Below, in pieces: positions 1 through 12,042 of a DNA stretch of 64,000 bases (positions are counted from its first letter, which is position 1; each line of letters opens with the position of its first letter). The DNA comes from Azolla caroliniana (lineage: Eukaryota; Plantae; Polypodiophyta). The notes beneath the pieces were generated by a model that did not search any database, was not told the origin of the DNA, and saw nothing but the letters and a program-made list of their open reading frames with translations. The stretch spans positions 4,216,001-4,280,000 of the forward strand of contig JBHGNT010000005.1 in assembly GCA_043228905.1 (NCBI GenBank), in the 5' to 3' direction. Position numbers and translations under genes: made by a program.

Positions 1-263
1 AAACAACTACCTTACAAAAATGTAAGATTAGGTCAAAATTGGATTTGCTCTAGCACTCATTAAAATGAGCAATTTTGTACACATATTTTCCATTTAATTT
101 CCCAATTTTGTTCGAGACTGAGAATATATCATTTCTTAAAAATAAAGGCATTTCCAGAACTTCAATTGATACACTTCGGTCTGGAGGTTGTATGACATGT
201 CACTTTCATCTTGGCAAGACAATTACCACGGGAGAAGATTTCATTTCACCATCATGATACCCA

Positions 264-3200
264 TCACTTGGTTGCAGTACCAACTTTCCGTTTGAGTGAT
301 CTAACCATCAGTGAAAGCTCTTGTTTATCTTTCTTCTGTATAACTTTGACATCTTCGTCATTTGTTCCACCTTTCTGATTGCTTACTTCGTGGACTTGCG
401 ACAGATGTTTCTGTTGCTTTTGCACAAGATTTCTCAAGTTTGCAGCAGATCTGTGAATCAAATTCATAAAATCAATCATACATAAACGATATCAAATTCA
501 TGACGTACATGCATAATGTTACAATAATGCTAACTTTTCAAGCACATCAATCAAAAGATTATATACACAAATACAATGTGCCAACAATAACGTTAATCTT
601 TCGAACTCTACCAATAAAAAATGTACACATACGAACATTCAAGTCTATAATAATACAAACCTTTTGAACTCGGGTTCAGTGGGATCAATTGCATAACGGT
701 GAGAAGTAAAAAGTGCTGAAAATCGTGGATCATCATAATTAACAGTAGGAAGCTTCTCTGATATATTTTCCTTGTCCTTTCTTTTGTCTTTCAGAGTTTT
801 CTTTAAATTGTAACCTTTCACTCCATGATTACCACCATGTTCATCCGTAAGAAGCAATTCAAGTTCTGCTCTGCTCTTCTCTTCTACAAGTTTCTTTTCC
901 TTTAGTTTGGCTTTCTTTTTAGAGATTTTTTCCTTTATAGGTGGAATAGCATGGAACTCTCCGTCAGAAGATGACGCCATGCTATCCTCAAAATCTCCTT
1001 CATCTCCTGACTTAAAGAACGGATCATCGAAATTGGTTTGCTCATGAGAGAAGTATGGATCATCTCCAGCTTCTATATCATCTGCACTTGTCTCATCGTC
1101 AGCATGTTTATCCTGCTTCTGTGCTTTCCTTTTCTCTTTTCTTTTTCTCAAGTAGGCTTCCCACACAGTCTCATTGTCATTCTTGTTTTTGTTCTTTTCC
1201 ATAAGTCGTTTGCTTAAGTCTTCAAGTCCACTATTAAAAGTGATCTCCATATCCTTATTGTTATCCTTGTCACTATCCTTACTATCTGAGTCATCTGCAG
1301 ATATATTGCTTGATCCAAGCAATAGTGCACGATATTTGTCCCTTGCAGAGATTTTCTTGTTTCTGTTTGGTTTACCATCATCAAGACATGGCTCACCATT
1401 ACAGTCATCTTCCTCTGATTCATCACTAGAAGCATCTGATGCAAGATATGCCTTGAAATCCATTTCGTTGAGCTGCAAAATGTATATCTCACATGTTAAC
1501 TTCTCGGATACAGAGATCGAATAGCTGTGTCAATATACATATATCAAGCAAGCCCGTATGACATATACTATACATTGTTTTGAAATCAATTTGTGTTTTA
1601 ACTTTCAGTCTCCTTAGACTTCTATAAACTGGATCATGTCAGCTTCTAGGTTGCAGAGTATGAGTAAATGCACAAACTTTCAAAAACATTTTTATGATCC
1701 TCAGATTTCAATACACTGCATCATCTCAGCTCCTAGAGGTTGCAGAGTTTGAGTAAATCTGCTTACTTTCAAAATTAGTTTTATGATACATAGATTTCTA
1801 TTGAACAGATCATGTTTCTCATAAAGGCTAGAGCCTTGTTGGTGATTAGCAGAGGAAAAGGGAGCTTAACATTGTGGATTGAGTATCAAACAAACCTTAC
1901 GTCAAATAAGCCAAATTGACTGATTATAATCAGCTGGTGGAATTTCAATTAGCGGTGGTACATTTTTCCACTTTACAAAGAATCTACAAACCCAAATAAC
2001 TACACATGGATTAAGCAAGAGCATCTTCTTCATTTCAAAAGAGAAAAAACCCAGAAATGTTAACATCCTTCTAGCTTTTGTAACCAAAAAACATGCATCT
2101 GTCATATTTTTCTCTCACCTGGTCAGCATTGAACTTTTGGTGTAGCTTCTTCACTCTCTCTGTCTCATCATCATCCCAAGTGAGTTTAACCTTACTGTGT
2201 TGCAATGCATGGGTCTCGAATGTCGGAGCTTGGTAATCACCTGGAACCTGGTTTTACAGCCTCCTCAGTACTAATCAGCACATATTTCTCTAAGGAAGCA
2301 CAAATTCAATAAAATCTGTTCAAATCTGTCATTTTGTCTGGAAACCATAACCATACTCTCAATCTAATGGCAAGCATAAAGCCTTGCTACTTAAAACATT
2401 ACCCATAACCTAAAGGTAAAACATAACGATTTAAAAATGTTCACTGACATGATGATTCAATGTATCTGCATGATCTAGACATTTGAAGGACTGAAATAAG
2501 CAGATGCTTCCATTCTAGCTAGTTGAAGAGGACGAACCTAGATTCCATTATGGGCCTCCACAGATGAAGGTCTTAGTGAATGGTTCCTTTCTTCATGTTA
2601 GGTCAGTGTTGAGCTCGTAATATGCTCCTGAACAAGGAAATAAGTTCGTTGATTCTTCTTTCAGGAGTCAAACTATTCTAGCTGGTGGAAGAGGACCTAC
2701 ACTCTAGCGTGGTCAGTGTTGAGCTCGTAATATGCTCCTGAACAAGGAAATAAGTTTGTTGATTCTTCTTTCAGGAGTCAAACTATTCTAGCTGGTGGAA
2801 GAGGACCTACACTCTAGCGTGATAGTAATCTTTATTCATCAATGACAATGGTGATGGGGTCGTGGTCCACATAGCCTTCATAGACCACACATTGCTATTG
2901 TGAACTATTATAACCCCTTTTGAATGTTGTGCGCAAGAAGCCACTCATGTTGTTGATTGACTTGTATCATGAGTGATGGAGCAAGAACAGCCCAAGCCTA
3001 AGCAAGGGAATCCTCCCGAGGACAAGCTTGGCCATCAATATCAAATGACTTAGGAAGCATCACTTTCCTCAGCTTTATAATGAGAAAGAAAGAAGCAGAG
3101 AGAAAATAAGAGAAGTTGCTACTTGGTTTTGTTACTTGTATATTTACTCAGGACATCAATTGGCACCTGGACAGAAACGTTCGAAACTACAACGAAAAAA

Positions 3201-6200
3201 CTCTGAGCACTATTAACAAAGTTCCTCTCAAGTCTTTAGTTCATGATGTTTTCAATTGCAACACATGATTTTTGAGATTAGACTTAACGCCTTCAAGATT
3301 TTAATTTCTAGATAAAGTCATGAACATTTCTGATATATATTGCCACCTCAGTCTAAGATGCATTAATAGACAATCTAAAGTAAAACAATTATTGCTTTTG
3401 AAAAATCTATTGGCATTTACAAACTATGCTATAGTATAATGGGAAATAAACTACCTCTTCTGCGCTATCCCTTGGATCATTTGTAAATTCCATATCATCT
3501 GGAACAAAGCGTAAGTCTAAGGTATTTGATGAGCGCTCAAACTCCATTCCATCACAAGCCTTGTAAAGAAAACCAGCAGTAGCACTGGAATTGCAGTTCA
3601 CAACAGCATAATAGTACCTGCATTAAGGCAACTATATGATATCAAAACTTAAAAATATATGTTCAGGTATAAGTATATAGACACAAGCACATAGACAGAT
3701 AGATAATAAAAAACATACATGCACTTGTATGTACATCAGTAGTACCAATGCGATTTATCATATATGTGTATTTATATATTAGCATTGTTATGTAACTTGC
3801 ATGACCAAATCAATCACGTACAAGAAACCTCTCATCTCATAAATCCAGCATCCATTCCAAGCACCTTTTTCCATTTTTAGCTTTAATTTCATTCTCATTT
3901 CCTTTCTTGTTTATTTCCATAGTCAAAAAGCTAAAAGAGACCTGAGCTTTGCTATTTCATATCGCCGAAGCCGTTCATTAATTATCTCTTGATCTTCCAC
4001 TTGTTCATCTCCATCATCATTATCAGCTCCAGAGAATATCTGTGGACCACGTTTCTCCTCTTCTTTCATCTGTTCAAGTCCAAATTCAGATGGATAAACA
4101 GTCACTGACAGAATCTGTCCACCCTTTGGTAGAAATGAGCTCATCACAGCCAATATATCCACAGCCTGTAAAGTGAGAAAAAGGTAAAGAAAACCATATA
4201 TAAATACCGCCTCAGGTTTGACATCAATATAAATACTAGTCAACAATATAAGAACCTTGATGTGATCCCAATCCATATTGACTAAGGCAAGTCTTCTCGT
4301 CTCTGTAAGAGTGGTTGGTACTTTCTCATCTTCTGCCTCCTGGAATGGTCACACATTAGATATACAAGAACCACCAATCCAAGAATTGGAACATTAATCT
4401 CAGGACTATATAGTCAGTCAATGTGGAATTACGTAAACACTTTCGAAGTGCAATGATATGAAAATTCAAAATGCACTTAGAATACTTATGTTATCAGTAT
4501 AAAATGGATGTATGCAGCAATAGGGCATCAGTAGTTCCAAACGTAGCCAAAGAATGGAAAGGATTCTCATAGAGTGCTGGTGGTTTTTTGCATGTAGTAA
4601 AGACAACTACTGTGTAGTTCTATGAGTACAAACAGAAGATCTCTGTCTTACTTCTTATGTTATGACTTATTGCATTATACTGGTCGAGTCATCTGCAGGT
4701 AAGTAAACAGCTTGAATGCAAGTTAAGGATCCTTCTTTAGTTGAGGTAATTCTATCCTGCAGAGTTCCCATCTCTGTACTAAGCGTGGGATCCTGCTGTG
4801 AGATATGCACAAGATACATGTGGAACCATCATACTTGCTGACCATTGATGGACAGATTGAATCAGCCATCCAAAATTGACTTCAGTCATTATAGATATCT
4901 TATGTTTTTTTCCCATTTCTATTTCTGTTTCCTTCTAGCACCCGATTATTCTATTTTTTGTGAGTCTGAAACAACTCCTCATCCAGGAAAAGAGATATGT
5001 CTGGTGACAATACTGTACTGTAAACAACCGGATAAGAATAATTGACAGCATCGCTCTGGTTTCCACCTCTAATCTGGTAGACGTATACAAACATTTGTAT
5101 ATGTTCGCGTATAATACACAATATTCGTTTCAATTTTTTTTAGGGAAATGAGTTACACGCAACAAATACATGAGGCTGGGCAAAGATTCTTCGACAGAAT
5201 GATGGCACAGGAAACACGAGAGGTTTGGTACAGGTTCTTTGATCTGGATGAAAGTGGAGCTTCTAAACAAGTATGGATGCATGAACAGAGGAGCTGCTGT
5301 ACATGATAGGGTTAGACTGCTGTTTCACTTGGTGGACAAAGACGGAAACATCTTCCTTGACTTCGACGAGTGCAAGGCACTCTTCTTTTTGTTCGCCTAC
5401 AGACGTGTTTGCAATTTATGCAGGGGGCTGATCATTCGTGATGATGTCTCTTGCCTTGACTGCTTTTCCATCTATTTCAACCTTTGTGGTTCCTGTCTTC
5501 ATCATAACCACCACCACTTTCAAGCCCTTCCATCATTTCTATTTGGATGATCTTGTGTGTATGCCATAGCTAACAACAGGACAATGAATAAGCCTCATGC
5601 TAAATCCCAATGCTCTCCTCCTTTAGGCTGAAGCAACTTGTAGCCCCCCAATCACCAATCTACAATAAATAACTTTGCACAACTTCATTCACATAGACTT
5701 GGATTTGTTTTTAGGAACGAATAGATTTCAATCATACTTGGAGCCATTTCACGTATGAGTATGATACGAATATTCACATATGAATCATACTTGGAGCCAT
5801 TTCAATCATACAGTACGAATATGGCACGAATGGGAAGTATGGCTAGAACTATGCCTCTAATGCAGAACTGTACACGAACTTGGATTTCATACAGCTCCCA
5901 AGAGGGAGGGGTTCGGCCAGATCTGTCCACATCTCTTTGTTCCATGCAACTATTATTATTATATATCTGTGAGGGCAATAAACTAAAGAGGCTTGTTCCG
6001 AACTATGATTTAATAGGTAAAAATTAATATTAGGTTTGTCTATTACACGTTTCATAATCAACTTGTAATCCAGTTGATTTTGTGATTTGCCCCAAAGGGG
6101 TAATAGTGGCATAGGCAAATTCAAAACAGAAATCAATACTCTGTTGATTCAGAGGAATTCAGAAACGGAATTGTATATTTACTGGAATAGTGGGAAAATA

Positions 6201-7770
6201 CAAAGATTACAGGTAGCATTCCTACAGATGTGGTATGTGATACTTACATCAATTTAAGAATTATGTCATCATTCAAAATGTCATTGTGTAATTATTGAAA
6301 ATGGAATCATGTGATAATGTGAAAATGAATTGTGTATTTATTGAAAATGGAATACCTGGAAAATACATAATGAAATTATGTAAATATAAAAATCCTAAGC
6401 AGATAAACATAGAAACCAGAAAACTACACCAACAACCAAAAGATAATTACACAAACAATGAAAATGGAGTAATATGAACAATAAGGATGGAACCTTGTCA
6501 TCAATGAGCATTCAAATGGAAAAATGCCAAAACATGCAACTTGAATCATGTATGAACATTCTAAATGAAGCTATATCGAAATTCAGAATGGAATGTAGTG
6601 ATTCAAAATGGAATCATGTGAAAATACACATTGGGATCACATTTAAAATTCAAAATGGGACAAATGCCAAAGCATTCAACTGGAATTACATATGAAAATT
6701 CTAAATGGAACTATATAGAAAATCAGAATGAAATTATGTAGCAATTTGAAACAGATAACTTAAACATTCAAAATGGAGTCATATGAAAATACACTACAGG
6801 ATCACAGTAAACATACAGAATGGAATTCATAGAAAATTTATTTCAAAACCTGGAATATATAGAAATACAATATGGTATTATGCACGCAATATATCTTCAA
6901 TTCCATTTCATATCAGACAATATCACAGAAGAGGCAAAAGGTACTTACATCACTTGATGAATTCATCATTTCTTCTTCTTCACTGTCGGATTCTGATGAG
7001 GAAGACAATGCTGAACTTGATTCCGAGATTTCTTCAGACTGCATATCATCAAGTATTGATCCCTCAGATTCTTCTTCATCTGAATCACTCTCATTATATT
7101 TCCTGTCCTCAGTCATAGATATTTTCTGATCCAAAGATATGCCACTGGTGGTATCTCTTAGCTTATCCATAGAGGATGAAATGGAATGATTCTCTTTCAT
7201 GTTTTTATCGATAATGAAACCATTTTCTTTTGGTTTCCTCTCAGAGAAAAAGTCACTTGGCTTTGGCGACTTCCTCTCCACAAAAGAAGAATTTTGATCT
7301 CCTTTACTCGATGAACATGGATCATTTTCCTTCGGTTTCCTATCTGGAAACACATTCCCCTTTGATTTCTTTACAGAAAATAAGGAATTTCCTCCCGAAG
7401 CTAAAGCATCTCCTCGTTCCTCACCTGATATTTCTCTATTGTCACATTGAGGAATCTCTTTATCTACATCTCTATTTTCTTTATGTTCTCCATGTTCTCT
7501 ATCTTCACAGTCATAATACTCCTGTAAAGCATGCTTCCGCTTCTTCCCGTTTCCACCGTTTCTCTGTCGAAGCTTCTTGCCTCGCTTGTCGAGAGAGAGA
7601 GGGTCGGAGAAACGCTTGTCAGAGAAGATATGGCTGAACCGGGAATCGATGGGGATCTTAAGCTTCCGTTTGAAAGATCGCTGGAAGCGAGGGTCAGAGT
7701 GAAGGCGAAGGAAACGGGGGTCCTTCACCAGTCCAGAGACTTCCAGAGACTTCTGCTTCGAAAGCTTCAT
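264..7770 (-). CDS. ESF1: Pre-rRNA-processing protein ESF1 (NUC153 domain), 7 exons, ~806 aa
   Basis: Exons: 7770-6949, 4339-4256, 4165-3942, 3617-3455, 2247-2119, 1472-661, 450-264. All GT-AG with consistent phases (2421 nt). Motifs: [87 protein letters not shown], and NUC153 [19 protein letters not shown]. Confidence 0.95.
1615..1815. repeat. Degenerate ~88-bp tandem repeat (~2.3 copies) in ESF1 intron 5
   Basis: The unit 'atcatgtcagcttctaggttgcagagtatgagtaaat...tttcaaaa...ttttatgat' recurs with substitutions. Confidence 0.7.
2601..2820. repeat. Near-perfect 110-bp tandem duplication in ESF1 intron 4
   Basis: 'ggtcagtgttgagctcg...actctagcgt' occurs at 2601-2710 and 2711-2820 with one substitution. 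Confidence 0.95.
5148..5550 (+). pseudogene. Frameshifted EF-hand plus Cys-rich (ZZ-like zinc finger) gene nested antisense in ESF1 intron 1
   Basis: ATG 5148 gives [37 protein letters not shown] (start of a first EF-hand loop). The reading continues in another frame: [22 protein letters not shown] (EF-hand) then [30 protein letters not shown]. Confidence 0.7.
6280..6870. repeat. Degenerate tandem array (aaaatggaatcatgtgaaaat-type units) near the 5' end of ESF1 intron 1
   Basis: Repeated 'attcaaaatggaatcatgtgaaaatacac' and 'tgaacattctaaatgaagctatat..aaattcagaatg' blocks. Confidence 0.65.
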
Positions 7771-7837
7771 GGCGATGGATCGATGTGCGGATGCGTTCCG
7801 TTCTGCAGAGGTAGAGAGAGAGAGAGAGAGAGAGAAA

Positions 7838-7850
7838 GGGTTTAGGGTTT
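7838..7850 (-). promoter_or_regulatory. Telo-box (AAACCCTAAACCC) ~70 bp upstream of the ESF1 start, next to a (GA)n tract
   Basis: Plus-strand gggtttagggttt. Telo-boxes are typical of plant ribosome-biogenesis gene promoters and 5'UTRs. Confidence 0.65.
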
Positions 7851-7871
7851 GGAGTGTCGGGGATGGAGATA

Positions 7872-7986
7872 GAGGAGAATTTCCTAATTCCAAAATATAC
7901 CCTTATGTGTGTGGAGGAGAATTTCCTAATTCCAAAATATACCCTTATGTGTGTGGAGGAGAATTTCCTAATTCCAAAATATACCC
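7872..7986. repeat. 42-bp tandem repeat (~2.7 perfect copies) in the ESF1 upstream region, followed by (GT)n
   Basis: 'gaggagaatttcctaattccaaaatatacccttatgtgtgtg' starts at 7872, 7914 and 7956. Confidence 0.95.
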
Positions 7987-9394
7987 CTCTATGTGTGTGT
8001 GTGTGTGTGTGTATGGGTTGGGGGAGAATTATTGTCGAGTTCCTTATATTCTTACTTGTAGAGGAGAGAAGGTGCATTGCCATGCCACTTTCTAAGGTAG
8101 AGAGGTGTATTTTGGTGACAATCATATGTTAATTAATGCGTGTTGAAAAGGTATTTAGGAGCGAACAAGTTATAGAAAAATAATGTTGGTGGTAAAATGT
8201 ATGTGGATCTCGAGAACTGTTGTCTGAACAAATTGGAGTTAATTATACATTATGGAAGCTGAATTATATAGCAATCGAGAGAACACTCAAGTAAAATTTA
8301 TTCCTTTCATGAACCTAACAGCATGCAAGATATAACGAGTTTGAAAGTAACATGTGATTCAAGGAAGACACACCTCTCGTCAATGGATTCTTGATTTTTT
8401 ACATTTTCTAATGCCATCATAAGGCATTGTTTATTGTGATTGCACAAAGTGTTCATTGGATATTCACTTCATTATGCAAACATCTTAGCACCCGTATGTA
8501 TGCAACATAATCCGAGGCAAAGAAATCTTCGTTCTTGTGTGCTATTTGCAAGCTATTCATTTACTTCACTTTGCTATGATTGACATGATGTAAATACATT
8601 CAACTAGCTAAGTTAAAGGTTTCCTTATTTGTGCTTTGAAAAACCCAAGGTAATCTCAAAGAAGTGTATAAGCAAAGCCATATAACCAAATCATAAGAAA
8701 AGGATAAGCCATGGATCATAGAATATGATTAATCTTTCACGTTGGAAGTGACGAAGTGGGAGTTAATGTTAGTTTTAATGTATACACACATCATCATCAC
8801 ACATTTCCCACGCAACAATTACTAGCCATTTAAACTCTATGATGTTCATAGACATTACCATAATGGGCAAAGTTTTGTCATGTCTTCGGTGATCATTTTA
8901 TATTTTAAAACATTTGATTCAAGATCCTTGAGAGTCATACGGTCCTATAATATCAATGCCATCTCTCAAAACAATGAAACATTTTCTATTGACTATACAA
9001 AGGATGGTGGCAAAAATTCACTTTGATTTTTATTTGAGCAAGTAATGGAAAGCATTTTGTGTAAACATAAAACTCACAGCTTAGAAATGTCATACTCATA
9101 TCTTGAGGCATAATATAACATATTATATTACTCTAAAAATTTAAAATGTTTTGTTTATGCACTTGATTTGAACTCATTTGATGTTTTATGCCATCAACTT
9201 TCATTCACTCATGACTCATGAGCTGTATTTCATATATAATTTCAGCTAGTAGAGTTCAGCACATTCACTAAATTGACTTGAGTTTAGTTTCACACATAGA
9301 AAATTCGCCACGCTAGGGTTTCCATGTTTCTTTTTTGTTATATTCATCATTTCATTGAATTAGGTCAATTCAACTCATTGCTTCTTTATACAGC

Positions 9395-12042
9395 TCATTT
9401 TGTGTTAACCCATCCTTTGTCAGCTTGAAACCTTACAAACTCTGCAAGTGATCGTATATCGTTGTCACTGAGACGTGGTCCGAACGTGCATTGGCCTCTT
9501 GGTGTACATTGTTCCCCAAACCCCTGCAAACACAACGACTTTCATCAACACCATAACTATATTTCTTTTCTTTTCTGATCAAAATAACTGAATACAGCAA
9601 AATAGATTTAACATTGTGATTGATCATTGAACAGTCTAGGTTGCATTTCTTCATCAGCAAGAAAAAGCAAAAAGGCCAATGCTATATGGACTTTTTCAGA
9701 AGGAAAAGAGGCCAAAAGCCCATGTCATATGCACTTTTTGATTAGCAGAAAAGCAAGAGAATTTGTATAGAGTATATGCCCTTTTCTCATTAGCAAGCAA
9801 AGGAGCCCATTGACTCAAAATGCAACCACACATTGGCAATAAACAAAAATGAACTCCACAAAAGCTGATTGAAGAAGTTACTTAACAGGCATCCGTCCTT
9901 TCCCCGAGTATACGATCTTAAATATATCGTCTACAGCAGCAACTCCATTCCTGAAAGAGAAGATGTTCTTTTTTCTGGGTTTTCTTTCTTTTTAATTTTA
10001 AGTTTTCTTCTCTAAGTTTAGTTCAGCAAACTTAAAATATCACTATGTGTCAGTATGTTGGATCATATAAGGTGGAAAAAAGCTTGTGTAAACAAACCGG
10101 ACCTTTCTAGATCAAAAGCTGCCAAGGTTGCTCCCTTCATAAAGAAAAACAAAAATAAAACATGTAGAAACTTGAGCTAACAAGTAAAAAAAATTGGGAA
10201 AAAAACATTAAGAGACAGGTAATTTTCTTTTTGTCTATAGGTTACCGGCTGAAGGATGTTACCGCCAGCCACATGGCAACCAGAACATGACCTCTGGAAA
10301 ATCTTTTGTGCATTATCTATCTCAAATGCATTAGCAGTATCTGCCCAAACAAAATGTGCATATGATACCTTTCAGAGAAGGTTTACATACGTACAAACAT
10401 GTATATATATTTGTCTTCAGAAAGAAATAAACTCGACTTAACTTGAACTAAGCACGGTTGTGAAAAGAAAAGTTGTGATTGCTCCGGAAGCTACCTGTTT
10501 CATGACCTGCAGGAACATTCCATTAAGAGGCTATTCTATACATATACACATGTCTGTGTGTATGTTTTAAAATGACTGACAATATAGCTTTCACACAACT
10601 TATGAAAGTATTAGCGTACGGAGACAAGTTAAAATTTTGAATGTCTAATATCGCCACCAATCCATCACATTTTTTTCCCGTGTAGCTGGTCATATATATC
10701 AAACCAATTGCTGCATTGAGCATAGCATGAAAGAGATTTTGGAGGCTCATAAGGGTCCCCTCACCGGTGAAGTTCAGGAAGGTATCTCCAAATTTTAACT
10801 ACTTCCTAGCACACTCAATTTGCTATCAATGTTGCCCTGCTAACAATAGAAGTGGCCATCAACATATGCCATGTTCTAGTGTATTGTTTTTGGTCATTTC
10901 AGAGAGAAAGAGATTAATCTTGAGGCTCACACTTCCTGCATTGCACAACCATATATGTTTGCACCAAACTGTAAAACCACCTTCTTTTTCAGATCTCTCC
11001 AAACAATAGATTTGTGCTCACTCTTTTCATGCTTGAGCATGTACCCTTGTCTGTGATCAGCATCGTTTCTTGGATGGGAAGTTCACACAGGTGGTATGAG
11101 GGAGCGTCATTGGCTATGCACGATTTATTGGTTGTGTGAGGGAGTCTCATCGACTACACAATACCACCTTCTTCTCTGGTCAAGAAAATAACACCCATTC
11201 TTACATGCTTTAGCACATTCCCCTTTGTCCAGAATTTCCACACCATTACATCCATCTGTATTGTCTTTCATTCTCTTTTATCTACAAATGTACACCATAT
11301 TATCATCTTCCTCTATCTACATGCTTCAGGGCATCCACATCATCACTTCTATTTCCAGTTAGCTTTCTTATCCTCTTTAATGTCAGGGCCCACATTGTAA
11401 CACTTCTCACAGCATGCTTAGTCGATATGTCAATTACACACTCTACTTGTGTGTTCACAATTTTATCACATTTAGACCTGAACTTACGATCTATCCCAGT
11501 TCCCTACATGCCTATGTCTCCCCGACACAATGTGATCATCTTGAAGACAATAGTGATGTTTATTTAGCAAAATTCATGAGCAAAGAATGCAGGTTGTCAC
11601 TCCCACAAACATTTTGGGGCAGTGAATGTCAAATGAAACTATGTTTCCTTTGGTTCCAGATGGCATATTTGATCCCCTGAGACTATATAATAAAATCTTA
11701 TCTATCCATCGAGCTAATGATTCTATCCAGCTATCTATCTATCTATCTCGAGATGCCAATTGGATAATGCCTGGCTGGTGCCTCATAGGCCTTTTGGATG
11801 TGGCATTATCACATTTCATTCCATTGCTCTACGTTATCATCATCAAATCAACCAAGACCTCTTAATTTTGTCATTTGACAGGACCTCCAGCTCAGACTTA
11901 CAGAGAGTGATGAAGGCTTGATGGGATCTCCTTTGCAGATGGAAGCTCTCTGCTGAGGGAGGTTCTGTTCGGTAAGGCTTTCCATGGAATGATCTAAGGC
12001 AGGGGAGGGGAAAGCATGAGCTAAGGCACAAGACATCATCAT
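9395..12042 (-). CDS. PETJ: Chloroplast cytochrome c6A, 6 exons, ~174 aa
   Basis: Exons: 12042-11902 (least certain), 10506-10443, 10340-10246, 10134-10103, 9950-9887, 9523-9395, with consistent phases. Translation: ...[105 protein letters not shown]. It has the CxxCH haem motif, axial Met, the c6A-specific CTPRGQC loop, and a lumen signal ending in ANA. Confidence 0.93.

Noticed and set aside
1174-1524. Antisense and alternative-frame ORFs overlapping real exons (also at 6872-7845, 19420-20374, 30544-31233, 36810-37742 and inside the copia element)
   Set aside because: They are shadow ORFs of genuine coding sequence with no independent support.
10523-10750. 75-aa minus-strand ORF as the cyt c6A first exon or a separate gene
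   Set aside because: It ends at a stop just before the 10506 acceptor and has no convincing in-phase donor. The 12042-11902 exon has a GTAAGT donor and gives the expected length.
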